A stretch of DNA of 53,966 nucleotides from an uncultured virus (IMG/VR IMGVR_UViG_3300042466_000764) (taxonomy: Duplodnaviria > Heunggongvirae > Uroviricota > Caudoviricetes). The stretch lies in IMG/VR virus record IMGVR_UViG_3300042466_000764; one strand, 5' to 3'. Under the pieces are notes generated by a model. It saw nothing but the letters and a program-made list of their open reading frames with translations, did no database searches and was not told the origin of the DNA. Positions within the stretch are counted from its first letter, which is position 1; every line of letters starts with the position of its first letter. Made by a program: the position numbers and the translations under genes. This document shows, in pieces, positions 9,301 to 19,079 of the stretch.

Positions 9301-12300
9301 GGGACTGATGGGTGGAGAAGCAAACAGGGCAACTGGTCAAAGAGTTGGAGTTGCACAAAGAGATCAAGAACTTAGACAACAACTTGGAATGCCTTTAAGT
9401 GGTAAACCATATAAAAGAGGCGGTCAGTATGCTTCTATTAGTCAAAAGGTAAGACAAAAAAGTATAGATTATGGATTTACTCAAATTGGAGACTCTTTTA
9501 GTGAAACACTAGATGCAAGGTCACCATCTAAAAAATTAAGAAAAATAGGAAAAGATGCTGGCACAGGACTTTTATTAGGAGTTAAAGAATCAGTCAAGGA
9601 TGCAAAAGGTGCTGGTCGTCAATTAGCCATGTCAGTTATTCAGGGGTCAATGCAAATTCCACAATCAAAACTTACAACAATGAATAGAGGAATTGTTGGC
9701 CCAACTTCACCATATAATCCTGGCGGTAATGACAATAATAAACCAACAACTAAGAATAGAGGAAGAGTTGGTGTTGGTGGATTAGCAATGGGTGCTAATG
9801 CATTGTTAATGGGTGGTTCTATGATGCCAGGCCAAGTTGGAGATATGTCACAAAAACTTATGATGCCAGTTATGGCTTTGTCTATGATTCTTCCACTACT
9901 ACAGAGTAAGTTTGGATTACTAACTGTTGGTATTGCGGCATTAACATATGCAATAGTTTCTACAAGAATGGCTTTTGATAAGGCACAAGACTCTGCAATG
10001 AAACTTGCTGAAAACTTAGGTAGTGGTGCTAAGGCAATGGAAGAGTTAGCAAAATTCTCAGGCAAAGTAAGTGCTACAGAAATTATGGATAAACGTCGTA
10101 AAAACTCTCTATCTCCATTTCAAGTTCAAACAGGTAAAACAACATTTGGACAAAGTTTTGTTGATTCAGATTTAGGAAAGCAAACAATATCTGCAGTTAC
10201 TGATTCTATGAAAGTTGGTGGAAGAGCGGGTGCTCAATCTCAATTATTAAGTCAGTTAACTACAGGTGTAGTAACAGGATCTTTGACTGCTGATCAAGCA
10301 AGAAGCATTGCTGCAAATATTGGAGAACAACTTGGTGATTATTCATTTGGAATTCAGGTAAATGCAAAAATGTTAGAACTGCTTGGACCTAACGGAGAAA
10401 ATCTTGAAAAAGATCCAATCGCTATTAGAGTTAAATTAATGCAAGACGCAAGACAAAAGGCTAACAGTGCAACTGGAATGATAGGCAATGCTGCAAGATA
10501 TACTGGAAAAGATACTGCTAAGTTTGGTGGTTTTGGATTAGGTGGACTTATTGGCGGTGGAGCATTGGCAGTTGGTGGAGGAATGGCTTCAGCAGTTGCT
10601 GGTGGTGCCGCAGCAGGAAGTTTTGTTCCAGGAATTGGAACCGCAATTGGTGCTGGTGCTGGTGCTTTAATTGGTGGAACACTTGCTTTGCGTGATAGAC
10701 AAAAAAGAATTGGTGCTGCTTCAGGTGGAGCGGTTGCAATGCAAAAGATGGCTCTTGAACAACAAACAGCAATGATGGATTCGTTAGAATTAGAATATGA
10801 AAAAAGAATTGATATTGCTAAAGCAGCAAACGATTTAGAAAAAGTAGCAAGGCTGACAGCAGAGCGTGAAGCAGGAAGAATTGCTCTATTAGAAGAAAAC
10901 AAAGGGTTATTAACTGATATTGGTGCATCTTATAGTGGTGCATCTTCGATGCTTGGCGGTAACGTACAAAAAGCAATGATGACTGGTGTGGACAAAGCAA
11001 TCACTAATCAATATAAAGATACTGCAATGGCAGACATAGTTCCATTAGCACAAACCGCTATAGGTGGTTCTGGAGCAACTAAAGAACAACAATATAAAAT
11101 TAAGATGGAAATGGCAAGTGGCAATATAGACCCTATGCAAATTGTTAGCATGTTTGAAATGTTTAAAGAAGATCAAGGATCAGTAGATGCCCTGTTAGAT
11201 ATTACGGCTAACTTTGGCGGTAAATTTGCAAACCAAGCAATATCAACAGTGTCAATGTTTACCAATAAAGATGGAAGTGTAAATAAAACTGCTCAAGCAA
11301 AATTTATTGCAGACATAAAAACAAAGACACCAAAAGAAGCAGAAAAAATGTTAACCTTCTTTGGAGACATTACAAAAACTGGAGAAGTCTTAGACGTTGG
11401 GGTTGCAGTAGAATATTTGCAAAAAAATCCAAATATTGCTAACAACCTTCAAGAAACAATAGCAAATATTAAAGCACAAAAAGGAAAGATAAGTTTAGAG
11501 GTAGCAGCAACAATCCTTGGTGCAAAAGAAATGGAAGCCTTGAGATCAGATCAAGAATATTTTAATAGTCTTCCAGCAGAACAACAAAAGGTTTATTTAC
11601 AAACACTCACAACTATGGCTGAAGTTACAGGAAATAACAGTAAAGAATTTTTGGCATGGCAAGCAGCAAACCCAGGACAAAGTCCAAATAAATACTTTAC
11701 TGGAGCCGCACAACAGTTAACCAAAGCAGAGGCCTTGGCAACACCAGCCACTGGCGAGGACGGTAGCGAGACAGGCACAGGACCAACTTCATCTCCACTA
11801 GATGAACTAGTAAAAAAGATTAGAGATACTAGAAAGGCTACTGAAGAACTAACCACTGGATGGGATTCTTCTGCTAGTGCATTAAAAAGAATGGCAAAAG
11901 AAGGTATTGAAGGATTTAAAGGTTTGTCACAAACCCTTAGAAGTCAAGGTGCTAATCAAAACACTATAGATTTTATTACTGCCCTATCTCCTGAAGACTA
12001 CAACAAATACAAGAGTCTATTTAAAGACATGAAAACTTTACAGTCTGCTATTAACTTTGCTGAACTTGGATCATATCAAGATAGTCAAGAAAAAATAATT
12101 GCAGATACAGATAATCAAACAATAGCATTTAATAAGTTAGTTGCTGCAGGTATGGATTCAGCAACTGCATACGAAGCAGTTCAAAACACTGGTTTTGCAG
12201 CAGCAGTTGCTACAGAAAAACTTGGCAAGAATATGAAAAAAATTGTTGACACCACAACAGCAGCCAATAGGAAAAAAATTGAAGGTTTCTTAAAAATGGG

Positions 12301-13696
12301 ACAATACTCACAAGCATTTGATCCTGGATATAATTTAGCACAAAGATATTTTGATGTTCAAGAAAAACTTATGAAGTTAAGAAGACAAGCAGAAATTGAT
12401 CAACAACAAGCAGTAATTGATACCGCTGATATTCAAATAAAGAGTGCACAAAATATTCAAGATGTAAATAATTATCAAATTTCTACATATGAAGATGGAC
12501 TAAAAACTATAGATGATCAGGCTAATGAAATAACTAAAAAATATGACAAACAGTTTGAATCACTTGATAAGATTTCTAAGATTAATGAAACAATTGCTAG
12601 ACAAGAAAAGGGTAGACTATCACTTGCCGAAGCATTGTCTCAAGGAGATATTTATGCAGCAGCAAGAGCGGCTCAAGAACTTCGTGCACAAAATGCAGCA
12701 GATGCAATTGCTCAACAAAGAACTGGAATGGAATCAGCAAGGGACGCACAGATAAGTGCCCTAACTGGTAATGGATTAACCAGAGACCAACTAGAAGAAA
12801 AAATAAAAGCATTAAAAGAACAAAATTATAGAATTGATCAAGACACTATTAAACCTTTACAAGAACAGTCAAGACTTGCACAAGTTAAATTAGATTTAAT
12901 AAATCAAGAGGTAGAAGCACAAGCAAAAAATCTAACTCTTGCTGGAATGACAAAGAAAGAATGGGAAACACAAGCAACAAAGATAGAAGCAGCACAAGTT
13001 GCAACAGAACTATATAACGGTGTTCTTCAGGGATCCTTAGATGCAATTAACAAAATGAATGCTGGATGGCAAGGCATTTTAGATAAACTTGGACAGTATG
13101 TTGGAACCAATTTACCATCACTACCAGATGGAACTACTACAACCACAACTACAACAGATTCAGGAACAAGTGAAAAACCACCAAAGGGTATAAAATCACC
13201 TGGAGTTGTATCAAAACCATCAACCCCATCAAGCGTAATTAATAAAAAATTTCCAACAGTTACTTCTGCAAACATCATGGGAAGTGGAAGTGGATTTGGT
13301 ATTGGAAGTTCATCTAGCAATAAAATTATGGGTGGAGGTAAAACTCTTGCACCCCAAACATGGCAACAAGCAGTTGCAAAAGCAGTTCCAAAGAAATGGA
13401 ATATGGGTGGAAGAGTACAAAGATTTGCTTCAGGGGGATTTGCAATTGGTACTGATACCGTGCCAGCAATGCTAACTCCTGGTGAATTTATTGTAAGTAA
13501 ATATGGTGTGGACAAATTCGGGGTAGATAACTTAAGAGCAATTAATAAAGGTGACAATCCTTCATCATCTTCAGTGTATAATTATAACTTGAGTGTTAAT
13601 GTTAAATCTGATGCAAACCCTAACGAGATTGCTAGAACGGTAATGATGCAGATTAAGCAAATAGATTCTCAAAGAATCAAGGGGAATAGAATATAA
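6305..13696 (+). CDS. Tape measure protein
   Basis: 2463 aa, Ala/Gln-rich helical; TP901-type core (AMREGGIQAGEGANALKSGL); hydrophobic/Gly-rich segments; two (G)D-x-VPAML(S/T)PGE motifs. Confidence 0.95.
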   Translation: MADIESNIKIGVDADQALRQLKLLQRQLSAFYSTMAKSGAAGAAVSQNMAQNLTNQINASGKFYAEMKKIKTTTDSFNEALEKNKFGMKEYFRYAGASTKTFGKLFKTEFDTINKVARENVKTLQTQYIKMGRDASGALKAMSIRPLTLDMNDYATKTAMAAQRQALLNQLLRQGSTNLLNFGKNTQWAGRQLMVGFTVPLMYFGSVAAKTFMELEEQAIRFKRVYGDMFTNTKETTEALQNVKMLANEFTKYGVAVADTMKMAADVAATGKVGNDLLVQVAQANKLAVLGGIDQQKSLDTLISLTSTFGITAEKTAQQIDFLNAVENQTILSIDDLTTAIPKAAPVIKQLGGDVQDLAFFMTAMREGGIQAGEGANALKSGLASIINPSKRASEFLASFGINIKGIVDANQGDVKKLVIDVASALDKLDPLNRARAIEQLFGKFQFSRISTLFQNVIKEGTQAQTVAELTTATVEELAILSERELNKISESPMYKFKKQVQDLKTVIAPIGAEFLKALTPIIEFFNKILRRFEDMSDGTKKFVVYLTTILAGIGPLALMSFGLLANGVANIIKLFVSIKSVFNRAGNSTTYLGEQTNYLTQAQINAAAVASSLDQAHMTLTQRFTAEAQAVKLLRNAYMEANAASLNFSIGKGIAKTPGMPLANGILSVPGPKGAGDVVPAMLSPGEAVIPAKQNKKFGGLIRGIIADKIPGFIKGSASIKTVNFGGTDYSNIATNAKTTESKLSEYLHRYSTGANATQETNVQLTKMLETLNQRALAEGKTQILSLKQIQQALAEFNLREINPKGTGRQSAGSVFAHGSAPRRATQEQLNIINQEGQRLISQNPEYHEKTKYSKANMLAQAESATMYNRYGFNTDHSYNTGSGDTKLFQSEFLDPAKQTKVMSPFYEEWAAQQGKTLNEVLKDPKLFKKMTLDTSSFAKAIGEEIGKIGTETFSDDQFYKAVADAEAKHFAKGSSGKLKRPRMKRVVDALKEDYSTLGLMGGEANRATGQRVGVAQRDQELRQQLGMPLSGKPYKRGGQYASISQKVRQKSIDYGFTQIGDSFSETLDARSPSKKLRKIGKDAGTGLLLGVKESVKDAKGAGRQLAMSVIQGSMQIPQSKLTTMNRGIVGPTSPYNPGGNDNNKPTTKNRGRVGVGGLAMGANALLMGGSMMPGQVGDMSQKLMMPVMALSMILPLLQSKFGLLTVGIAALTYAIVSTRMAFDKAQDSAMKLAENLGSGAKAMEELAKFSGKVSATEIMDKRRKNSLSPFQVQTGKTTFGQSFVDSDLGKQTISAVTDSMKVGGRAGAQSQLLSQLTTGVVTGSLTADQARSIAANIGEQLGDYSFGIQVNAKMLELLGPNGENLEKDPIAIRVKLMQDARQKANSATGMIGNAARYTGKDTAKFGGFGLGGLIGGGALAVGGGMASAVAGGAAAGSFVPGIGTAIGAGAGALIGGTLALRDRQKRIGAASGGAVAMQKMALEQQTAMMDSLELEYEKRIDIAKAANDLEKVARLTAEREAGRIALLEENKGLLTDIGASYSGASSMLGGNVQKAMMTGVDKAITNQYKDTAMADIVPLAQTAIGGSGATKEQQYKIKMEMASGNIDPMQIVSMFEMFKEDQGSVDALLDITANFGGKFANQAISTVSMFTNKDGSVNKTAQAKFIADIKTKTPKEAEKMLTFFGDITKTGEVLDVGVAVEYLQKNPNIANNLQETIANIKAQKGKISLEVAATILGAKEMEALRSDQEYFNSLPAEQQKVYLQTLTTMAEVTGNNSKEFLAWQAANPGQSPNKYFTGAAQQLTKAEALATPATGEDGSETGTGPTSSPLDELVKKIRDTRKATEELTTGWDSSASALKRMAKEGIEGFKGLSQTLRSQGANQNTIDFITALSPEDYNKYKSLFKDMKTLQSAINFAELGSYQDSQEKIIADTDNQTIAFNKLVAAGMDSATAYEAVQNTGFAAAVATEKLGKNMKKIVDTTTAANRKKIEGFLKMGQYSQAFDPGYNLAQRYFDVQEKLMKLRRQAEIDQQQAVIDTADIQIKSAQNIQDVNNYQISTYEDGLKTIDDQANEITKKYDKQFESLDKISKINETIARQEKGRLSLAEALSQGDIYAAARAAQELRAQNAADAIAQQRTGMESARDAQISALTGNGLTRDQLEEKIKALKEQNYRIDQDTIKPLQEQSRLAQVKLDLINQEVEAQAKNLTLAGMTKKEWETQATKIEAAQVATELYNGVLQGSLDAINKMNAGWQGILDKLGQYVGTNLPSLPDGTTTTTTTTDSGTSEKPPKGIKSPGVVSKPSTPSSVINKKFPTVTSANIMGSGSGFGIGSSSSNKIMGGGKTLAPQTWQQAVAKAVPKKWNMGGRVQRFASGGFAIGTDTVPAMLTPGEFIVSKYGVDKFGVDNLRAINKGDNPSSSSVYNYNLSVNVKSDANPNEIARTVMMQIKQIDSQRIKGNRI

Positions 13697-14337
13697 TGGC
13701 AACTTTAAATTACCTTGCTGGTAGAAAAAAATACAGTAGACCACAAGCACTGTTGTTTTCAAATAATCCTGGAACACTTGTCTCAGGCCCCAATGGTCCA
13801 ACCCACGTACCATCTGGATACGAAATCGGAACTGATCCAACACAGATTGGAAATTTGACGGATGGTATTTTCTTAATATTATCAGATCATAATCGCAGTG
13901 CTATAGATATTAAACATAACAGACTTGAACAAAGAGAAAGAACTATAAATGGAAAGATGAGATCATTTTTTATTGCAGATAAGAGTGTGTTTACTATAAG
14001 TTGGCAAAACCTGCCATCTAGATCTTTTGAAAATACTATAAATTTTGATACAACAACTGGAAAAGAAGAAAGTGAATTAAAAAGATACACAGTAGATGGT
14101 GGAGCAGGAGGAAATGAATTACTAAACTGGTACTTAGAAAGTCCTGGATCATTTTATTTATTTCTTGCTTATGATAAATATAATGCTTTTCAAGGACAAG
14201 ATAACGTAATGGGAAGGCTTAATGAATATCAAGAAGTTAAAGAAGTTTTTATAACTGATTTTTCATATAACGTAAACAAAAGAGGTTCTAATACACACGA
14301 CTTGTGGGACGTAACTATATCTTTGGAAGAAGTATAA
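13696..14337 (+). CDS. Distal tail (Dit-like) protein
   Basis: First gene after the tape measure; RERTINGKMRS...FTISWQNLP and C-terminal WDVTISLEEV are typical of Dit-like proteins. Confidence 0.65.
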   Translation: MATLNYLAGRKKYSRPQALLFSNNPGTLVSGPNGPTHVPSGYEIGTDPTQIGNLTDGIFLILSDHNRSAIDIKHNRLEQRERTINGKMRSFFIADKSVFTISWQNLPSRSFENTINFDTTTGKEESELKRYTVDGGAGGNELLNWYLESPGSFYLFLAYDKYNAFQGQDNVMGRLNEYQEVKEVFITDFSYNVNKRGSNTHDLWDVTISLEEV

Positions 14338-17300
14338 TGTTTGAAAATGACAACATTAGAGGAGTTTTTGAAGGATCTGAAAGTGTAAACATTAAAGGAT
14401 TAGTTTTAGCAGAATGGAATTTTAATAATGCAGAAAACTTATTTAAAATTGGAAACTACAGACATCGTCCATTAGAAAGTTCGTCTAAATATAAAAATAT
14501 TATTAATTTTTATGATCCCAATGATAGCGGCAATTTTTATACAGATGCAACTAATGCTGACATAGTAGTAGATGGTGGATACGACGATTCAGACGAACCG
14601 CAACTTTTTACATCTATTAAAGAAAAAGAAGGGCAGTTATTTTCTTTAGAGGATTGTTTTAATAAATTTAGACCAAGATCTGGAATAAATAAAATACAAT
14701 ACTTCAATAATAAATATTTTCATAATTCAAATTCTTATTTGGCCAATAGACCAAGATATTATATGTCAGATAAAAGAGATTATTTTAAATATTGGAGTTC
14801 TTATAGAACAGAAGACAACATTGAAAGAGGTATTGCTAAAAATATTTCAAACAATAAAAATTATATAGATGATGCATCGCCGTTTGTGGTGTATAAAGAT
14901 AGTATTCCAGTTAATAGAATTGTTATTAAGATGCAAACAAATATTGGAGAAATTGATTTAGGTCCATTTTCAACAGTGTCTGAAAGTATAAGTGATCCAT
15001 TTTATGGATACAGCAATCAGACAACTCCAAGTACTTGGAAGGTTCAGATACTTAATAATAATATTTGGACGGATATAATTAATTTTGATGAAACTTCTAC
15101 AAGATCAGATGGCAGTAATATTATTAAATCTGATGGGCACGTTGAATTAAAATACGGACTACTCACTCCATTAAAATATATTGATACCTTTTCTTTAATT
15201 GAAACTATTTCATCTACAGCACTGTTGCCAACAACATCTTCATATGGACATGCTTATTTAGTTAATAATAATAATCAACTTGGAACTCTTCATATTTATA
15301 ATGGATTTGACTATGACTTGTTTATTCCAGAATATGGGTGGGGCTTACTAGAAAAAGAAATAGATAAAACTTCCACGGTAACAGAACTAGTAAACGTAAT
15401 ATCCTATAACAATGCTAATACAAATAGCATATCTTATAAAGAATTTCAATATATAAATGGAATAAGAGTTGTAGTAAGCACAATGAATAAGTTTGACAGT
15501 GTCTTTGATTTAATTGAGTTGTCTCCTAGATTGTTGGTAGACATAACAGATAATGTCACTACCTATACAATAAATAAATCAATATCTGATTTAAGCACAA
15601 ACGGACTACCAGTAGGACAACTTTTGGCATCTACTGGCAACCTAGAATTAATTGATCCAGATATGTCTTTTAATAAAAACAATACAAATAGCATTGTTCA
15701 TAACTATTTAAATAATAATGTTAAATTTAGTTTTTATGAAAGTGTAGAGACTATTAATAATATTTATGAGCACATACCGTTAAAAAAACTATACTCAGAT
15801 TCCATACCGCAAACAGATGTAAAGAATGGTAAAACCTCTATAGAGTTAAGAGATTTATATTTTTATCTAGAGCAGATAAATGCTCCTAGTTTATTTTTAA
15901 CAAATGTGTCTTTAAGTTTTGTAGTTTCAACATTATTAGACTACGCTGGTTTCTCTAATTACATATTTAAAAAAATTGAAAATGAACAAGAACTTATTAT
16001 TCCTTTCTTTTTTTGTAATGAAGAAAAAAATATTGCACAGGTTTTAAATGATTTAGCAATATCTTCTCAATCTTCTATGTTTTTTAATGAAGAAAATGAT
16101 CTAGTTGTAATGAGCAAAAACTATACTGTACCAAAAATAACAGACAGGTTATCAGACATCACTCTTTATGGCTCTAAAAATAATCAAATAAATAATAAAG
16201 AAAATATATTAAATGCTTCAATAGTGGATACAAAGGTTTTGAATTCTGGTAAAATTAATTATACTACTAGATATATTCAAAAAACTTTAGGATCAATCAA
16301 GCAAGCAACGTTAATTGATAAAGAAAAAACTTGGATATACAAGCCAACATTGTTATGGGAAGTTTCTGGAAAGGGCAATACAAAAACTGTAAATGAGTCT
16401 GCCGCATCTATGTCGTCATATGTTTTAGCAGCAATACCGCTAGGATCATCTTTGTCAAGTGATGTTCCATCAATTAGTCACAATGTATTGTTAAATAATA
16501 CCATTGATCTTGGAGAAAACATATATTGGATCAGCAACTATAATGGATATTTTTATTCAAATGGTGAGGTTATTAGGTACGATGCAGTTGAATATAATGT
16601 TTCTGGAATAGGAAATATTTGGATAACTAATGTTGAAGATTATGAGAATTATTTTTCTCAGTTACCCTTTAACGGAAAAATGTATCCAACTGGATTAATT
16701 AGAATTTATACAGAATTGGATTATGTAGAAGTAAATGGTGTAAAAGTTTTAAAAGATGGTGATGTAATAAAGAATGGAAGAGGTCAATTTGGAACAGAGG
16801 TCACAAGTCATCATGCTGGATTAAACCCATATTGGACTAGTGGAGACAACGTAAAAAGTTGTAACATGTATTCTGAATATTTGTTTGCAAATAAAACATT
16901 AGACAAAACAGTTGTAGTTGGTGCTGCTGGTGTTAGCGATAGCATAGCAAAACAAACAACTAGAACTGGTATTATTAAAAACTTTTTATCAAGTTCTTAT
17001 ACTTCAGAGTATGATAATAAAAATTCAATTAATAAAAAATCTGGAAACATTCAATCATCTGCATTGGTTATGACTGGGCCATCGTTTAACTTTGAACAAA
17101 AACCAATTAATTATATTAACTATGTTTATAAACCACTAAGCAGCAAATTTAAACATTTTGGAACTAGATTAAGAATTATTGGTAAGGTTGAAAACAATGA
17201 GGTTAGAGGTCAAACACCAACTGGAAGCATGACATATTACGTTGTTCCTGGAACTGATCCATCTCAAAATATCAGTATAGGTGGTGGCTCTGGTGGCTTA

Positions 17301-18590
17301 GGAATTATGGTTAACCCTACAAACAATGTGGGATATTATTTTGAAATCGCAGCATTAACAGAAACAAACATAGATAAATATGCCAATGGTTCTACAATTG
17401 CTAACTTAATGTTTTACAAGATAGGAAAAGATAGTGCAACAGATATGGCTGTTCCTGTAAAGTTATGGTCTGGCTCAACTAACATATTAGTAGATGATGG
17501 TAACTTTACTGGACAATACAGGGTAACAGGAGAGTCTAATCCAACCGTATATGACATAGCAGTTGAATATTTAGATATTGGACAAACAAGAAAGTTTTAT
17601 TTATATATAAATAATAACATTGTTGCCATAGTTGATGACACAAGCCCACTTCCTATTTATAATAATATGTGTTTGTTTACCAGAGGAACATCTAAAATTA
17701 TGTTTGAAAACATATTTGCTTTAGGAAGCAACTATTCTAAAAATGTTTCAGAAAATATAGATATACCATTTAATAAAATATTTGATAATCAAGAACTCAC
17801 ATCTAGTGATGCATTTAGAAAGTACGCTTTAAGTTCTGTAATACAGTCAACATACCTTTCTGGCATAAGTCCCTCAGAGCCTCCATCTTACAATTTTTAT
17901 TTTGATGAGTTTGGTTCTATTATGAGAGAGTGTGCATATTTTAATATCAAGTTTGATAAAGCATATCCAGCACTATATTCTAAAATATCTCCAACTTTTA
18001 ATAAAATAAAGGGTTATACAGTTTCTGGATTTTTACCAGATGCTTACGGTGCAGAATTTTTAATTTTTAATGCAACTGATACTGTCTTAACGCTAGATGA
18101 AACATCTGGTAATTATTTAAGAATTCAAGGAGTTGCGTTTACTCAATCAACAAACCATACTTTAACAGTTGAAGATTATTATAAAGAAAACTCTAACTAT
18201 ATTAAAACACAATATTTAGATGATCAAGTTATAAAATCAAATACTGAATCTAAAGATAAATATAATAAGTTAAAAATAAGTAAATCTAAATATGGCACTA
18301 AAGAATTTACAATGGATACTCCATACATACAATCAAGAGATGATGCCGAAGCATTGCTTGGATGGATTGTTAATAAAACTATAGATCCTAAAAATGCAAT
18401 TGGATTAGAAATATTTGCTATGCCAACAATTCAACTTGGAGACATAGTTAACGTATATTATAAAAATGCCAATAATGAAGATATCATAGCATCAGAAAAT
18501 AAAAGATTTGTTGTTTATAATATTGAGTATGCAAGATCAGCACAGGGTCCAACAATGAAGTTATATTGTTATGAGGTAGCAGATGAGTGA
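14337..18590 (+). CDS. Large minor tail / baseplate hub protein
   Basis: About 1417 aa; VLNDLAISSQSSMFFNEENDLVV and C-terminal PTIQLGDIV hub-like motifs; ATG 14337 overlaps the upstream stop. Confidence 0.75.
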   Translation: MFENDNIRGVFEGSESVNIKGLVLAEWNFNNAENLFKIGNYRHRPLESSSKYKNIINFYDPNDSGNFYTDATNADIVVDGGYDDSDEPQLFTSIKEKEGQLFSLEDCFNKFRPRSGINKIQYFNNKYFHNSNSYLANRPRYYMSDKRDYFKYWSSYRTEDNIERGIAKNISNNKNYIDDASPFVVYKDSIPVNRIVIKMQTNIGEIDLGPFSTVSESISDPFYGYSNQTTPSTWKVQILNNNIWTDIINFDETSTRSDGSNIIKSDGHVELKYGLLTPLKYIDTFSLIETISSTALLPTTSSYGHAYLVNNNNQLGTLHIYNGFDYDLFIPEYGWGLLEKEIDKTSTVTELVNVISYNNANTNSISYKEFQYINGIRVVVSTMNKFDSVFDLIELSPRLLVDITDNVTTYTINKSISDLSTNGLPVGQLLASTGNLELIDPDMSFNKNNTNSIVHNYLNNNVKFSFYESVETINNIYEHIPLKKLYSDSIPQTDVKNGKTSIELRDLYFYLEQINAPSLFLTNVSLSFVVSTLLDYAGFSNYIFKKIENEQELIIPFFFCNEEKNIAQVLNDLAISSQSSMFFNEENDLVVMSKNYTVPKITDRLSDITLYGSKNNQINNKENILNASIVDTKVLNSGKINYTTRYIQKTLGSIKQATLIDKEKTWIYKPTLLWEVSGKGNTKTVNESAASMSSYVLAAIPLGSSLSSDVPSISHNVLLNNTIDLGENIYWISNYNGYFYSNGEVIRYDAVEYNVSGIGNIWITNVEDYENYFSQLPFNGKMYPTGLIRIYTELDYVEVNGVKVLKDGDVIKNGRGQFGTEVTSHHAGLNPYWTSGDNVKSCNMYSEYLFANKTLDKTVVVGAAGVSDSIAKQTTRTGIIKNFLSSSYTSEYDNKNSINKKSGNIQSSALVMTGPSFNFEQKPINYINYVYKPLSSKFKHFGTRLRIIGKVENNEVRGQTPTGSMTYYVVPGTDPSQNISIGGGSGGLGIMVNPTNNVGYYFEIAALTETNIDKYANGSTIANLMFYKIGKDSATDMAVPVKLWSGSTNILVDDGNFTGQYRVTGESNPTVYDIAVEYLDIGQTRKFYLYINNNIVAIVDDTSPLPIYNNMCLFTRGTSKIMFENIFALGSNYSKNVSENIDIPFNKIFDNQELTSSDAFRKYALSSVIQSTYLSGISPSEPPSYNFYFDEFGSIMRECAYFNIKFDKAYPALYSKISPTFNKIKGYTVSGFLPDAYGAEFLIFNATDTVLTLDETSGNYLRIQGVAFTQSTNHTLTVEDYYKENSNYIKTQYLDDQVIKSNTESKDKYNKLKISKSKYGTKEFTMDTPYIQSRDDAEALLGWIVNKTIDPKNAIGLEIFAMPTIQLGDIVNVYYKNANNEDIIASENKRFVVYNIEYARSAQGPTMKLYCYEVADE

Positions 18591-19065
18591 TTCAATTCCA
18601 AATACACCACAAATAATATACTCTAATTCATCAGATAGTTCTTTGGTTAAGGTTGCAGAGCCGCAATACATCATAGTGGGAGACGAAGAAGTATCTATAG
18701 AGACTATGTCTAATTTAATATTTGAAGATATTGGTGGACAAGAAATTATTAATATTGATAGAAATGATACGGTGTTTGGCTCTAAACTTGTTTATGACAA
18801 TATATACAATTCTAATAAAATATTACAAAGTTATAATTCTTACACCTTAGCCCCAGTTTTTCAAACATCTTATGAGTACTTTAAAAACTTTACAATTGTT
18901 CTTGATCAAAAGATACCAAATGTTGCAAATGGTAACAATGGTGTAAACGTTTATATAGAATCATCAACAGGAGATTTAGTTCTAGAACTAGTTAATATTG
19001 AAGATGATGAACAAATAGAGATAAATATACTAACTAGTGGAAGCGGCTATTATGATACAATATAA
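18583..19065 (+). CDS. Minor tail protein (putative)
   Basis: 160 aa within the tail module, overlapping the upstream gene. Confidence 0.55.
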   Translation: MSDSIPNTPQIIYSNSSDSSLVKVAEPQYIIVGDEEVSIETMSNLIFEDIGGQEIINIDRNDTVFGSKLVYDNIYNSNKILQSYNSYTLAPVFQTSYEYFKNFTIVLDQKIPNVANGNNGVNVYIESSTGDLVLELVNIEDDEQIEINILTSGSGYYDTI

Positions 19066-19079
19066 TATAGGAGATTTAA

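Noticed and set aside
10500..10700. Gly/Ala-rich glycine-zipper stretch as a separate bacteriocin-like gene
   Set aside because: It is in frame within the tape measure protein, where such hydrophobic segments are common
14331..14339. TATAAT at the junction of the Dit-like and hub genes
   Set aside because: It arises from GTA-TAA-TG stop/start coupling and overlaps the start codon, so it cannot be a promoter for that gene
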